Shown: in pieces, positions 30,117 through 39,393 of the stretch
Layout of the letters: the number at the start of each line of letters is the position of its first letter
Numbering within the stretch: the first letter of the stretch is position 1
Assembly (NCBI GenBank): GCA_045606785.1
Contig: JAZUSN010000017.1
Coordinates: 187 to 64,186, forward strand
DNA: 64,000 nucleotides
DNA from: Acutalibacteraceae bacterium
Lineage (GTDB): Bacteria > Bacillota > Clostridia > Oscillospirales > Acutalibacteraceae
Direction of reading: 5' to 3'
Position numbers and translations under genes: made by a program
Notes under the pieces: model-generated
What the model was told of the DNA's origin: nothing
What the model saw: only the letters and a program-made list of their open reading frames with translations
The model's database searches: none

Positions 30117-30135
30117 GAAAACGAGGTAACCAGCA

Positions 30136-30633
30136 ATGAAAAAAGTAGCAATCGTAATGGGCAGCGACAGTGATCTGCCGGTAGTAGGCAAAGCCATCAA
30201 AAAGCTCAGAGAGTTCGGAGTTGACTGTGAGGCACACGTTATGTCGGCACACAGAACACCCGACGCAGCTGCAGAATTCTCAAAGAATGCAGCAGCAAAC
30301 GGCTTTGGCGTTATTATTGCCGCAGCAGGCAAGGCAGCACACCTTGGCGGTGTACTTGCAGCACACACTACATTACCCGTTATCGGTATCCCCGTTAAAT
30401 CCTCCACACTTGACGGACTTGATGCACTTCTCGCCACTGTTCAGATGCCTGCAGGCATTCCCGTTGCAACGGTTGCTATCGACGGCGCTGAAAACGCAGC
30501 TATCCTCGCAGTTCAGATGCTTGCACTCAGCGAGCCGTCACTTGCTAAGGCACTTGATCAGATGAAAAAAGACATGGCAGATAAGGTTATGGAAAAGGAC
30601 GCTGCTCTTGCCGCTCAGGTAGCTTCACTCTGA
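30136..30633 (+). CDS. purE: 5-(carboxyamino)imidazole ribonucleotide mutase
   Basis: VAIVMGSDSDLPV...SAHRTP...AAAGKAAHLGGVLAAHTTLPVIGIP are canonical PurE motifs. Confidence 0.95.
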   Translation: MKKVAIVMGSDSDLPVVGKAIKKLREFGVDCEAHVMSAHRTPDAAAEFSKNAAANGFGVIIAAAGKAAHLGGVLAAHTTLPVIGIPVKSSTLDGLDALLATVQMPAGIPVATVAIDGAENAAILAVQMLALSEPSLAKALDQMKKDMADKVMEKDAALAAQVASL

Positions 30634-30659
30634 TCCCTTTTTACCGGGAGGTAAATAAT

Positions 30660-32084
30660 ATGTCTTCACTCCACGAAGAATGCGGCGTATTCGGCATATT
30701 TAACAGAAATCGCGAACACGACGCAGTACAGGAAACCTACCTCGCACTTTACGCATTGCAGCACCGCGGTCAGGTAAGCTGCGGCATAGCAGTACGCAAC
30801 GACCGGACGGTTGACTGCATCACAGAGCTCGGCACGGTGCCGGATGTATTCAACAAGGACAAGCTTTCATCGCTTACGGCAAACGGAAAGGGCGACGTTG
30901 CAATCGGTCACGTACGCTACTCCGCTCAGGGCGAAGAGGACGAAATCAACTCACAGCCTATGGTTATGAGCTACGAAAAAGGCTCAATCTCCATTGCGAA
31001 TAACGGCGCACTCGTAAGCACCGCAAAGCTCAGGAAAAACCTTGAATTAAACGGCTCTGTATTCCAGACAAACAGCAACGCCGAGATGATCGTTCACCTT
31101 ATAGCAAGACACAGGCTCGGCACGCCGAACATAGAAACGGCTATCTCAAAGGCTATGAAAGAGCTTGAGGGTGCATACTCATTCATCCTTATGACACCGC
31201 ACAAGCTCATCGCCGTGCGTGACCCCAAGGGCTTCCGTCCCCTGTGCTACGGCAAGGTCGGTGACTCATACGTGGTTGCCTCAGAATCATGCGCGATTCA
31301 GAGCATAGGCGGTGAATTCATCCGCGACATAAAGCCCGGTGAAATTCTTGTCATAACAAACGAAGCTGTATACAGCAACACAGACAACTGCGGACAAAAA
31401 ACCTCAATGTGCATATTTGAGCACGTTTACCTTGCAAGACCCGATTCGGTTATCGACGGTGCAAGCGTCCACCGCTCAAGACTCAACGCAGGTAAGTTCC
31501 TTGCAATAGAACACCCTGTTGAGGCTGACTTTGTAGCAGGTGTTCCCGACTCGGGAATTGACGCTGCAATCGGCTATGCAAAGCAATCGGACATTCCGTT
31601 CGGACTTGCGCTAATCAAAAACAGATACATCGGCAGAACGTTCATCCAGACAACGCAGAAGCAGCGTGAACGCTCTGTTCAGATAAAGCTCAACCCACTC
31701 GGCAACGAGATCGAGGGCAAGCGCATAGTGCTTGTTGACGACTCGATCGTCAGAGGCACGACCTGCGCCAAACTTATCAAGAAGCTCAGGGAAGCGGGCG
31801 CCAAGGAAATTCATATGAGAATCTCCTCTCCACCGTTCATTAACCCCTGCTATTTCGGCACAGACATCAGCTCAAAGGACAAGCTCATTGCCTGCAAGCT
31901 TGATATTGACGAAATATGCCGCTTTCTCGGTGCAGATTCACTCGGCTACCTCAGCATTGATTCAATGATGAAGGTCGCAGAAAACTCAGGCGTTGATTTT
32001 TGCAGTGCTTGCTTCACGGGCAACTACCCCGTTGATGTAACCGGCGAAAACTTCGTAGATAAATACAGTAAAAAAATCACTTGA
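30660..32084 (+). CDS. purF: Amidophosphoribosyltransferase
   Basis: N-terminal ...HEECGVFGIF (Ntn Cys) and the PRPP-binding loop VLVDDSIVRGTT. Confidence 0.95.
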   Translation: MSSLHEECGVFGIFNRNREHDAVQETYLALYALQHRGQVSCGIAVRNDRTVDCITELGTVPDVFNKDKLSSLTANGKGDVAIGHVRYSAQGEEDEINSQPMVMSYEKGSISIANNGALVSTAKLRKNLELNGSVFQTNSNAEMIVHLIARHRLGTPNIETAISKAMKELEGAYSFILMTPHKLIAVRDPKGFRPLCYGKVGDSYVVASESCAIQSIGGEFIRDIKPGEILVITNEAVYSNTDNCGQKTSMCIFEHVYLARPDSVIDGASVHRSRLNAGKFLAIEHPVEADFVAGVPDSGIDAAIGYAKQSDIPFGLALIKNRYIGRTFIQTTQKQRERSVQIKLNPLGNEIEGKRIVLVDDSIVRGTTCAKLIKKLREAGAKEIHMRISSPPFINPCYFGTDISSKDKLIACKLDIDEICRFLGADSLGYLSIDSMMKVAENSGVDFCSACFTGNYPVDVTGENFVDKYSKKIT

Positions 32085-32104
32085 TATAAAGGAGAGCCTT
32101 AACT

Positions 32105-33139
32105 ATGGAAAGTTATTCAAACAGCTACAAAGAAGCAGGCGTTGACGTAACAAAAGGTTACGAAGCAGTCAAGCTTATGAAGGCACACGTTGAACGCACA
32201 AGAATCCCCGGCGTTGCTGATGAAATCGGCGGCTTCGGCGGTATGTTCATCCCCAACCTTACAGGCATCAGCGAGCCCGTACTCGTTTCCGGCACAGACG
32301 GCGTAGGTACAAAGCTCAAGATTGCTTTTATGATGGACATACATAACACCGTCGGTATCGACTGCGTTGCAATGTGCGCAAACGACGTTGCTTGCTCAGG
32401 CGCAAAGCCCCTCTTCTTCCTCGACTACATTTCAGTTGCAAAGAACATTCCCGAAAAGGTAGCAGCAATCGTAAGCGGTGTTGCTGACGGATGTGTTCAG
32501 GCAGGCTGTGCACTTGTAGGCGGCGAAACGGCAGAAATGCCCGGCATCTACACAAACGATGAATATGACCTTGCAGGCTTCTGCGTAGGTCTTGCAGACC
32601 GTAAGGACATTATCGACGGCAAGAGCATTCAGGCAGGCGACGTTCTTATCGGCGTTGAATCCTCAGGTGTTCATTCAAACGGCTTCTCTCTGGTAAGAAA
32701 GGCATTCAACGTTTCACCCGAGAGACTTTCAATCTACGTTGACGAGCTTGGCAAGACACTCGGTGAAGAGCTCATCACACCCACAAAGATCTACGTCAAA
32801 ACAATCTCCGCTATCAAAGACGTATGCAAGATTCACGGCATCTCTCACATCACAGGCGGCGGCTTCTACGAAAACATTCCGAGAATGTTCAGCGGCAACG
32901 ACCTGAGAGCAAGAATTGAGAAGAAAGCTGTTCCCGTAAAGCCCATCTTCAAGCTTCTCGCTTCCGAGGGTATCCCCGAGAGAGATATGTTCAACACATT
33001 CAATATGGGTGTCGGTCTTTGCGTTGCAGTTTCCTCCGACAAGGCAGACGAGGCTGTAAGAGCAGTTAACGCTATCGGCGAAAAAGCACACATCATCGGT
33101 GAAGTTGTAGCCGGCGAAAAGGGTGTTGACATATGCTGA
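32105..33139 (+). CDS. purM: Phosphoribosylformylglycinamidine cyclo-ligase (AIR synthetase)
   Basis: YKEAGVDV...GGFGGMF...[10 protein letters not shown]...GGETAEMPG. Confidence 0.95.
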   Translation: MESYSNSYKEAGVDVTKGYEAVKLMKAHVERTRIPGVADEIGGFGGMFIPNLTGISEPVLVSGTDGVGTKLKIAFMMDIHNTVGIDCVAMCANDVACSGAKPLFFLDYISVAKNIPEKVAAIVSGVADGCVQAGCALVGGETAEMPGIYTNDEYDLAGFCVGLADRKDIIDGKSIQAGDVLIGVESSGVHSNGFSLVRKAFNVSPERLSIYVDELGKTLGEELITPTKIYVKTISAIKDVCKIHGISHITGGGFYENIPRMFSGNDLRARIEKKAVPVKPIFKLLASEGIPERDMFNTFNMGVGLCVAVSSDKADEAVRAVNAIGEKAHIIGEVVAGEKGVDIC

Positions 33140-33723
33140 AAATAGTTGTCCTCGTATCGGGCGGCGGCACTAACCTTCAGGCTCTGCTGGATGCTAAGGC
33201 AGCAGGTCAGATTCCTCACGGCGAGTTTGTTCGCGTTATTTCAAGCGCAGCAGGTGCATACGCGCTTGAGCGTGCAAAGAACGCAGGTGTACAGGGCGTT
33301 GTTATAGAGCGTAAGGGCAAGACAGCTGAAGAGTTTGAAACAGCTCTTCTGGCCGAGCTTGAGGCCGCTGAGGCAGACCTCATCGTGCTTGCGGGCTTTA
33401 TGACAATACTCAGCGAAAAGATAATTGAAAAGTATCCCGAAAAGATCATAAACGTCCACCCTGCCCTCATCCCCTCTTTCTGCGGCAAAGGCTTCTACGG
33501 TCTCAAGGTTCACGAGGCTGCACTTGAGAAAGGTGTTAAGGTTACGGGCGCAACCGTTCACTTTGTCAACGAGATTCCCGACGGCGGCAGAATCATCGCA
33601 CAGAAGGCAGTTGACGTACTTGACGGTGACACACCCGAAATTCTTCAGAGAAGAGTTATGGAGCAGGCAGAATGGAAAATCCTTCCCGCAGCGGTAGCCA
33701 AGCTGTGCGAAGAGAGAAAGTAA
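33133..33723 (+). CDS. purN: Phosphoribosylglycinamide formyltransferase
   Basis: [18 protein letters not shown]...LAGFM...[12 protein letters not shown]...GATVHFV. It overlaps the purM stop by 7 nt. Confidence 0.95.
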   Translation: MLKIVVLVSGGGTNLQALLDAKAAGQIPHGEFVRVISSAAGAYALERAKNAGVQGVVIERKGKTAEEFETALLAELEAAEADLIVLAGFMTILSEKIIEKYPEKIINVHPALIPSFCGKGFYGLKVHEAALEKGVKVTGATVHFVNEIPDGGRIIAQKAVDVLDGDTPEILQRRVMEQAEWKILPAAVAKLCEERK

Positions 33724-33743
33724 TTTCAAGGAGGAAAACCCCA

Positions 33744-35294
33744 ATGAAAAGAAGAGCACTTCTCAGCGTTTCAGACAAGACAGGCATTGTTGAATTTGCA
33801 AAAGAGCTTTACGAGCTCGGTTTTGAAATAGTTTCCACAGGCGGCACGGCAAAGGCTGTTGCTGACGCAGGCATCCCCTGTACACAGGTTTCGGATATCA
33901 CAGGCTTCCCCGAGTGCCTCGACGGCAGAGTTAAGACTCTCCACCCCATGGTACACGCAGGTATACTTGCTATGCGCTCAAACCCCGAGCATATGGAGCA
34001 GCTTGAAAAGCTCGAGGTAACTCCGATCGACGTTGTTGCTATCAACCTCTACCCCTTCAAGCAGACAATTCTCAAGCCCGACGTTACACTTGAGGACGCA
34101 ATTGAGAATATCGACATCGGTGGCCCGACAATGATTCGTGCTGCTGCTAAAAACTGGCAGGACGTTGCTGTTATTGTTGACCCTGCTGACTACGCAACGG
34201 TTATTGAAGAGTACAAGGCTAACGGCGCACCCAGCAAGGAGACAAAGTTCAAGCTTGCAGGCAAGGTATTCGAGCACACGGCAAACTATGATTCAATGAT
34301 CAATACATACCTCAGAAAGCAGCGTGGCGAAGACCCGTTTGCAGAATGCTTCACCATGACCTTCGAAAAGGTTCAGGATATGCGCTACGGCGAGAATCCG
34401 CACCAGAAGGCAGCATTCTACACAGAGGTCGGTGCAGCTGACAATGTTCTTTCCGCTGCAAAACAGCTTCATGGTAAAGAGCTCAGCTACAACAACATTA
34501 ACGACGCTAACGGCGCACTTGATATCATCAAGGAATTCGGCTTTGACGAGCCCGTTGCAGTCGGTGTTAAGCACGCTAACCCCTGCGGTGTAGGCATCGG
34601 CAAGACAATCCACGAGGCATACCTCAACGCATACAACGCTGACCCCGTTTCAATCTTCGGCGGCATTGTTGCACTCAACAGAGAGGTTGACGAGGAAACA
34701 GCCAACGAGCTTGCAAAGATCTTCCTTGAGATTATCATTGCTCCCAAATTCTCCGAGAAGGCTCTCGAGATTCTCACAGCTAAGAAGAACATCCGTCTTC
34801 TTGAGCTTCCCAACCTTGCAGATTCCAACAAGAAGGGTCTTGTTGATATGAAGAAGGTTGCAGGCGGTCTGCTTGTTCAGGAGCTTGACACAGAGCTTCT
34901 CAACGAAGAAGACATCGTTTGCGTTACAGACAGAAAGCCCACAGAGGAAGAAATGAAGCAGCTTATGTTCGTATGGAAGGTTGTAAAGCACACCAAATCC
35001 AACGGCATTGCACTTGCAAAGGATAACGCTACAACAGGTATCGGCCCCGGCCAGACAAACCGTATTACAGCACTTGAGCTTGCTATCAAGTACGCAGGCG
35101 ACAAGGCTGCAGGCAGCGTTATGGGCAGCGACGCATTCTTCCCGTTTGATGACTGTGTAAAGGCAGCTCAGGCAGCAGGCATCACAGCTATCATTCAGCC
35201 GGGCGGCTCGATCCGTGACGAAGACTCAATCAAGGCTTGCAACGAAGCAGGTATCGCAATGGTATTCTGCGGCATGCGCCACTTCAAACACTGA
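33744..35294 (+). CDS. purH: Bifunctional AICAR transformylase / IMP cyclohydrolase
   Basis: [22 protein letters not shown]...VSTGGTAK...TLHP...GIGPGQTNR. The ATG at 33744 follows AAGGAGGAAAA. Confidence 0.95.
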   Translation: MKRRALLSVSDKTGIVEFAKELYELGFEIVSTGGTAKAVADAGIPCTQVSDITGFPECLDGRVKTLHPMVHAGILAMRSNPEHMEQLEKLEVTPIDVVAINLYPFKQTILKPDVTLEDAIENIDIGGPTMIRAAAKNWQDVAVIVDPADYATVIEEYKANGAPSKETKFKLAGKVFEHTANYDSMINTYLRKQRGEDPFAECFTMTFEKVQDMRYGENPHQKAAFYTEVGAADNVLSAAKQLHGKELSYNNINDANGALDIIKEFGFDEPVAVGVKHANPCGVGIGKTIHEAYLNAYNADPVSIFGGIVALNREVDEETANELAKIFLEIIIAPKFSEKALEILTAKKNIRLLELPNLADSNKKGLVDMKKVAGGLLVQELDTELLNEEDIVCVTDRKPTEEEMKQLMFVWKVVKHTKSNGIALAKDNATTGIGPGQTNRITALELAIKYAGDKAAGSVMGSDAFFPFDDCVKAAQAAGITAIIQPGGSIRDEDSIKACNEAGIAMVFCGMRHFKH

Positions 35295-35385
35295 GCCGAG
35301 AGCCTCGGCACCCAATACCTCAATAAAAGGGATATTTCCAATCGCATTGAGGCAACGAGATAAATCAGATTATTTCTGATGGAAT

Positions 35386-35552
35386 CCCTCAGTCAAAACC
35401 TGCGGTTTTGACAGCTCCCTTTAGACAAGGGAGCCTTTGCACTACCCTACCAATCATAAAACAGCGATGAAACTTTTTTGGTTTCATCGCTGTTTCAATA
35501 AAGCCCCCTTGCCTAAAGGGGGCTTTCAGTCGCCGGACTGTCAGGGGGATAA
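35386..35552. repeat. Hairpin-repeat module cluster 1, upstream of the DUF559 gene
   Basis: Successive short hairpins:
- TCAAAAC-ctgcg-GTTTTGA (35393..35411).
- CTCCCTTtagacAAGGGAG (35415..35433).
- CAGCGATGAAAC-tttttt-GTTTCATCGCTG (35462..35492).
- CCCCCTTgcctAAAGGGGG (35504..35522).
- CAGTCgccgGACTG (35527..35540).
The cluster ends in TCAGGGGGATAAAAATG, which supplies the RBS of the DUF559 ORF. Confidence 0.8.
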
Positions 35553-35554
35553 AA

Positions 35555-35917
35555 ATGGACAGAAAACACAACCCGAAATTAACTGAAAACGCAAAAACAC
35601 TTCGAAAAAATATGACCGAAGAAGAACGACATTTATGGTATGATTTTCTTCGTACGTATCCCGTTAGATTTCTGCGACAGAAAGTTATAGATAACTATAT
35701 CGTAGATTTTTACTGTCACGATGCAAGGCTGATTATCGAGCTTGACGGCTCACAGCATTACAGCAAAGAAGGCTTATTAAAAGACAAAATCCGCACAGAA
35801 AAAATTGAATCAAGAGATCTAACAGTTATACGAATACCCAATAATGAAATATTCGACAATTTCTACGGTGTTTGTGAGTATATTGACGTTATTATCAAGG
35901 AATCCCTCCACCGCTGA
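35555..35917 (+). CDS. DUF559 (Vsr/very-short-patch-repair-like) endonuclease domain protein
   Basis: 120 aa. TENAKTLRKNMTEEERHLWYDFLR...FLRQKVIDNYIVDFYCHDARLIIELDGSQH...R...L...G..V.RI.N.E is the DUF559 pattern. Confidence 0.85.
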   Translation: MDRKHNPKLTENAKTLRKNMTEEERHLWYDFLRTYPVRFLRQKVIDNYIVDFYCHDARLIIELDGSQHYSKEGLLKDKIRTEKIESRDLTVIRIPNNEIFDNFYGVCEYIDVIIKESLHR

Positions 35918-35926
35918 CGCGGTACT

Positions 35927-36017
35927 CCTCCCTTTAGACAAGGGAGGCAATACAACTAACAAAAGGCCCCCTTGCCTAAAGGGGGCTGTCAGCTTTAGCT
36001 GACTGGGGGATAAAAAA
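35927..36017. repeat. Hairpin-repeat module cluster 2 (direct repeat of 35415..35433 and 35504..35552)
   Basis: CCTCCCTTTAGACAAGGGAGG (35927..35947). CCCCCTTGCCTAAAGGGGGCTGTCAGCTTTAGCTGACTGGGGGATAAAAAA (35967..36017) is near-identical to the segment just upstream of the DUF559 ATG. Confidence 0.8.
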
Positions 36018-36058
36018 GTAGAAAAGAACTCAATCCAAATTTTACAGAATGCATAAAC

Positions 36059-36098
36059 AAACGAGCGATGAAACTGCAACTATTTCATCGCTCGTTAT
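36059..36098. repeat. Terminator-like hairpin sharing the GCGATGAAA/TTTCATCGC stem with 35462..35492
   Basis: AACGAGCGATGAAA-ctgcaacta-TTTCATCGCTCGTT. The half-site GTTTCATCGCTCGTTTTTT recurs at about 37380..37398. Confidence 0.7.
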
Positions 36099-36116
36099 AT
36101 TTTCATATCATCATAA

Positions 36117-36506
36117 TCAGAAAATTCCCAACCAAATTTCAAACGCAACAGGAACAAGAGTAATAAGTATACCACCGACCAACGGAATAATTTCATTCCC
36201 TATTGTCAGCTTCCTGTCATAAGCAAATTTATGCGGATTTTTCGGGTTAACAAACAGAGTGTATTTACAGCTTTTCGAAAACTCATTCATACGCTTTGTG
36301 CTGATGCCGAGGTCTGTCAGGCCATAGTATTCCTTACCGTTATACACGTAAAAAAATTTTGCTTTAACCTCTGAAAGCATCGTGACCGTATCAAGAAACC
36401 AGCCTTCTACAACCTCTGTACAACGCTTCATCTGAATAATTCTTACCAGAGTCAAAGTGATAAAAGGAGCACCACAACCGCAAAAAAACAGATATATAAT
36501 CCACAT
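36117..36506 (-). CDS. Small two-TM membrane protein (DUF3592-like topology)
   Basis: 129 aa. N-terminal TM segment (IIYLFFCGCGAPFITLTLV), a soluble beta-rich middle and a C-terminal TM segment (IIPLVGGILITLVPVAF). Confidence 0.6.
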   Translation of the reverse strand: MWIIYLFFCGCGAPFITLTLVRIIQMKRCTEVVEGWFLDTVTMLSEVKAKFFYVYNGKEYYGLTDLGISTKRMNEFSKSCKYTLFVNPKNPHKFAYDRKLTIGNEIIPLVGGILITLVPVAFEIWLGIF

Positions 36507-36568
36507 ACTATCCCTCTGTTCTGTTAGTATTATATGCTTGTGTTAAATTAGAGACAAATCACCATTGG

Positions 36569-36676
36569 CTCCCTCTGACGAGGGAGTTGTCAGCGAAGCT
36601 GACTGAGGGAGAGAAAACTGCCCCTCCGTCAAAACTGCGTTTTGCCACCTCCCCTGACAAGTGGAGGCTGTTTTTT
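36569..36676. repeat. Hairpin-repeat module cluster 3
   Basis: CTCCCTctgacgAGGGAG, GTCAGCgaaGCTGAC and TGAGGGAGAGAAAA. These are followed by CCCCTCCGTCAAAACTGCGTTTTGCCACCTCCCCTGACAAGTGGAGGCTG, which resembles 35386..35436. Confidence 0.75.
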
Positions 36677-36687
36677 GAATACACAGA

Positions 36688-37236
36688 TTACATTTCTATT
36701 ATTAATTCGGTCTCTAAAAAGCTGTTACCTTTTAAATATATTATCTTTATCTTATCATCAAATTTTATGTAGTCAACAATAGGGTCTACCGTTTCAGACA
36801 CATCCTCAAGCACTACTTCTTTTAAATACTCTCCTTTGTTAAAAATATCCTGTATTATAACACTATGCCTTCCATTATCATAATTTACAAATACAACATT
36901 CTCTTCGTATTCGCCTAAAACAGAATAATATGTGTCAGATACATCTCCGCTGTTAACATCACAATAAATCGTCCAACGAGTAGAAATACCCGTACCTGTT
37001 TGAACTGAAATGCTCAATAAATCCTCATTTATAACATTCACCTTGGGTTTCCTTGATACATCCTTATCACTTATGAGAATATTATCATGCCTGTCTTTGA
37101 TGACATAATCATAGGTAAAATTGCCGTTATCAGTAATTTTATATAATTGGTTGATATCATAACTGTCATTACAACCCGACAAAATCAAAACAAGAACTTT
37201 TACTAAGATAAAAATAATAATTAGTCTTCTTTTCAT
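36688..37236 (-). CDS. Lipoprotein, function unknown
   Basis: MKRRLIIIFILVKVLVLILSGCNDS lipobox. AT-rich codon usage. Confidence 0.7.
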   Translation of the reverse strand: MKRRLIIIFILVKVLVLILSGCNDSYDINQLYKITDNGNFTYDYVIKDRHDNILISDKDVSRKPKVNVINEDLLSISVQTGTGISTRWTIYCDVNSGDVSDTYYSVLGEYEENVVFVNYDNGRHSVIIQDIFNKGEYLKEVVLEDVSETVDPIVDYIKFDDKIKIIYLKGNSFLETELIIEM

Positions 37237-37395
37237 CGCCTATATCTCCTGACGGTCATTCCCAAGGTATGACAGCTATTCCTGCCTTACCCTACTTTTT
37301 ATAGGGTAAGGCTATATTCGTCCCTATTCCACCTCAACCATATCATAAAAAAATCTTTACTTCAAGAAGGAATAGGCAGTTTCATCGCTCGTTTT

Positions 37396-38346
37396 TTATC
37401 CTCGGAACAAGCTTAAAATAATTGCCAGAGGGCCTGTAACCGGCAAGAAAACAATGCTTATTATTGACATTACCAACACAAACCCTGTCATTCCTCCGCC
37501 CCAGAGGATAAGACCCATATTATCTTTTACATTGTACTCGGTTATGGCACCAAGCATAAGTTCGTCCGTAGCTATAACGTTACCGTTTGCGTCAATTATT
37601 TTTGCAGTTACCGTTGACCAGCCCATAGTGAGCCAGGATACTTTGGCACCCGTTACCATGCCGGCTGAATCTTCTTTTTCTTTGAGTATGCCTGTTTTTC
37701 CTTCAATTGACCATTCAATCTTACAACCGGGTGACGGAATGTAATAATACCCTAAATACAAGTCACCCATACCGCCGGAAACAATCGGACCTTGGTGATT
37801 ATTTCCACCCAAACCTGATTTTAATACAATGTTACAGAAGGGTTCAGGCTCCTGACCGTTAAAGAACAGCTCAACATGGCCTTCTCTCAGCCTAATATCT
37901 TTACCGGAAACATTAGACCATTGTTCCTCGGTACCTGCGTAGCAAATTGCTATAAACTGCTTTCTGTCAGAGGAATAATACACACGGTTGGCAATCAGGT
38001 CTCCCCTGATATATTTGAGGCTCTTAGGCAAACTTATTTTGCAGTAAACAGGATTACTGAAATTGAATGCATTTGGGGCAATGCTTGTAACACCCTCCTG
38101 CAACGTAATAAAAACTATTTTTTTCTCATAATTCCTCCAAGGAGCACTTGTAATTTCACCCTCACCGCTGATGACAAGCTCGCCGTCATCGTAGAGTGTC
38201 CACGTGAGGTTTTCGCCCTGTGCGCCGCAAAAGCCGCTGTCGACAACCTTTCTTGTTTCCTCCGCCGCAAAAGCTACGCTTGCTGTAGTGAAAAGCAACA
38301 CAGCACAAAGAATTACGGACATAAATTTCGTAAATTTTTTGTTCAT
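37396..38346 (-). CDS. Secreted BspA-type leucine-rich-repeat protein with Ig-like module and C-terminal TM anchor
   Basis: Signal peptide MNKKFTKFMSVILCAVLLFTTASVAFAAEE. GENLTWTLYDDGELVISGEGEI...PW...LQEGVTSIAPNAF is the typical opening of BspA-like LRR proteins. C-terminal TM segment GFVLVMSIISIVFLPVTGPLAIILSLF. Confidence 0.75.
   Translation of the reverse strand: MNKKFTKFMSVILCAVLLFTTASVAFAAEETRKVVDSGFCGAQGENLTWTLYDDGELVISGEGEITSAPWRNYEKKIVFITLQEGVTSIAPNAFNFSNPVYCKISLPKSLKYIRGDLIANRVYYSSDRKQFIAICYAGTEEQWSNVSGKDIRLREGHVELFFNGQEPEPFCNIVLKSGLGGNNHQGPIVSGGMGDLYLGYYYIPSPGCKIEWSIEGKTGILKEKEDSAGMVTGAKVSWLTMGWSTVTAKIIDANGNVIATDELMLGAITEYNVKDNMGLILWGGGMTGFVLVMSIISIVFLPVTGPLAIILSLFRG
38259..38346 (-). 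repeat. 88-bp signal-peptide cassette, copy A
   Basis: Near-identical at the nucleotide level to 39276..39363 (a block such as CCTCCGCCGCAAAAGCTACGCTTGCTGTAGTGAAAAG...GCACAAAGAATTACGGACAT). The downstream coding sequences are unrelated. Confidence 0.85.
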
Positions 38347-38394
38347 TATTTTTTACCTCATCATAAAAATATCAAATGTTGCATTGTACTTATA

Positions 38395-39363
38395 TCATTC
38401 GTTGCTCTCGGCTCTGTGAGTTCCGTAATCCGGGTTACCGAACAAAGCTTTGAAAAAATCCGACACATACTCAAAAGAGTTTATCATTATAGCACCGCCG
38501 CCAACAGTACCCATACCGGGCACAATAATAAAAGCCAACAAACCCAATAAAAAATCTTTCGGAAATTCTTTCAAATTTCTTGTTGCAATTTTACGCTCTT
38601 TTTTAACTGCAACTTCTTCCGAAACAACTTCTATTGTCATTTCTTCTGTAAACACACCGTCCAAGTTTAACTGTATTACATATTTTCCGGGTTCTTCGGG
38701 AGTAAAACTATCCGAATCAATTTCTACTGTTTTTCCGTTTACCGTATACGAAAAAGTTGCTTCTTCAAGCCAACCCTTTCCGTAACCGCCGTTGCCGCCC
38801 TCGATTGATACCTCGATCGGTTTGCCGACTATTCCACAATAATTTATTATTCTCTCTTCAGAATCAGTCGGTTCTTCAGAAAACGCAACATAATTATATC
38901 GGCATCTAATATAAAAATTATTTGCATCTTTTACTCTTGAAGCGGGAATAACTAACTTTAAACTTTTATCTCCGTCAGCCGTTGCAAAAGCTCCGGCTGA
39001 AACTTCAACGCCCAGAATTTCCTCACAAAAATCCGTATTGATAATTATCTGTGGATAATGGAAATTGTTTTTCTCAAAAATCCTAATTTGGATTTTTTCT
39101 TCACTGACTTCAATATTTTCCGTAATTTGAGCATTTTCAGATGACCGAGTCTGAACAGTTATTTTCGGAATGTCACCTGACACTGAATATTTATTAGAGT
39201 AAGTTATAACAACCGTATCAAAATCAGAATAGTAATCACAACTGTAGGTTTTCTCAAGTTCTTCTGTCTGTGCGTCCTCCGCCGCAAAAGCTACGCTTGC
39301 TGTAGTGAAAAGAAGCACCGCACAAAGAATTACGGACATGATTCTCTTAAACTTTTTGTTCAT
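38395..39363 (-). CDS. Secreted protein with C-terminal TM region and FFKALFG tail
   Basis: Signal peptide MNKKFKRIMSVILCAVLLFTTASVAFAAED. C-terminus FLLGLLAFIIVPGMGTVGGGAIMINSFEYVSDFFKALFGNPDYG.... Confidence 0.75.
   Translation of the reverse strand: MNKKFKRIMSVILCAVLLFTTASVAFAAEDAQTEELEKTYSCDYYSDFDTVVITYSNKYSVSGDIPKITVQTRSSENAQITENIEVSEEKIQIRIFEKNNFHYPQIIINTDFCEEILGVEVSAGAFATADGDKSLKLVIPASRVKDANNFYIRCRYNYVAFSEEPTDSEERIINYCGIVGKPIEVSIEGGNGGYGKGWLEEATFSYTVNGKTVEIDSDSFTPEEPGKYVIQLNLDGVFTEEMTIEVVSEEVAVKKERKIATRNLKEFPKDFLLGLLAFIIVPGMGTVGGGAIMINSFEYVSDFFKALFGNPDYGTHRAESNE
39276..39363 (-). repeat. 88-bp signal-peptide cassette, copy B
   Basis: See 38259..38346. The offset between copies is 1017 bp. 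Confidence 0.85.
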
Positions 39364-39393
39364 TTTTTCACCTGCTTCAATTAAAATTTTCGG

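Noticed and set aside
29980-30135. Known purine (guanine/adenine) or ZTP riboswitch upstream of purE
   Set aside because: The conserved junction and loop sequences of those classes were not found by eye. The region is kept only as an unclassified leader/attenuator candidate.
33241-33759. 172-aa minus-strand ORF
   Set aside because: It is antisense to purN and the purH start, inside a tightly packed and clearly coding pur operon.
35389-36079. Minus-strand ORFs 35389..35571 and 35819..36079 (products containing ...APFRQGG...)
   Set aside because: Both are generated by the hairpin-repeat modules flanking the DUF559 gene. The second overlaps the DUF559 3' end. The shared 'APFRQGG' peptide is simply the translated repeat.
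35386-36676. Possible CRISPR array
   Set aside because: The repeats are heterogeneous hairpins with irregular spacing. One 'spacer' is a complete DUF559 gene, and there are no cas genes in the window.
36587-36772. 61-aa plus-strand ORF (MSAKLTEGEKTAPPSKLRFATSPDKWR...)
   Set aside because: It begins inside hairpin-repeat cluster 3 and runs antisense into the lipoprotein gene, so it is a repeat-derived artefact.
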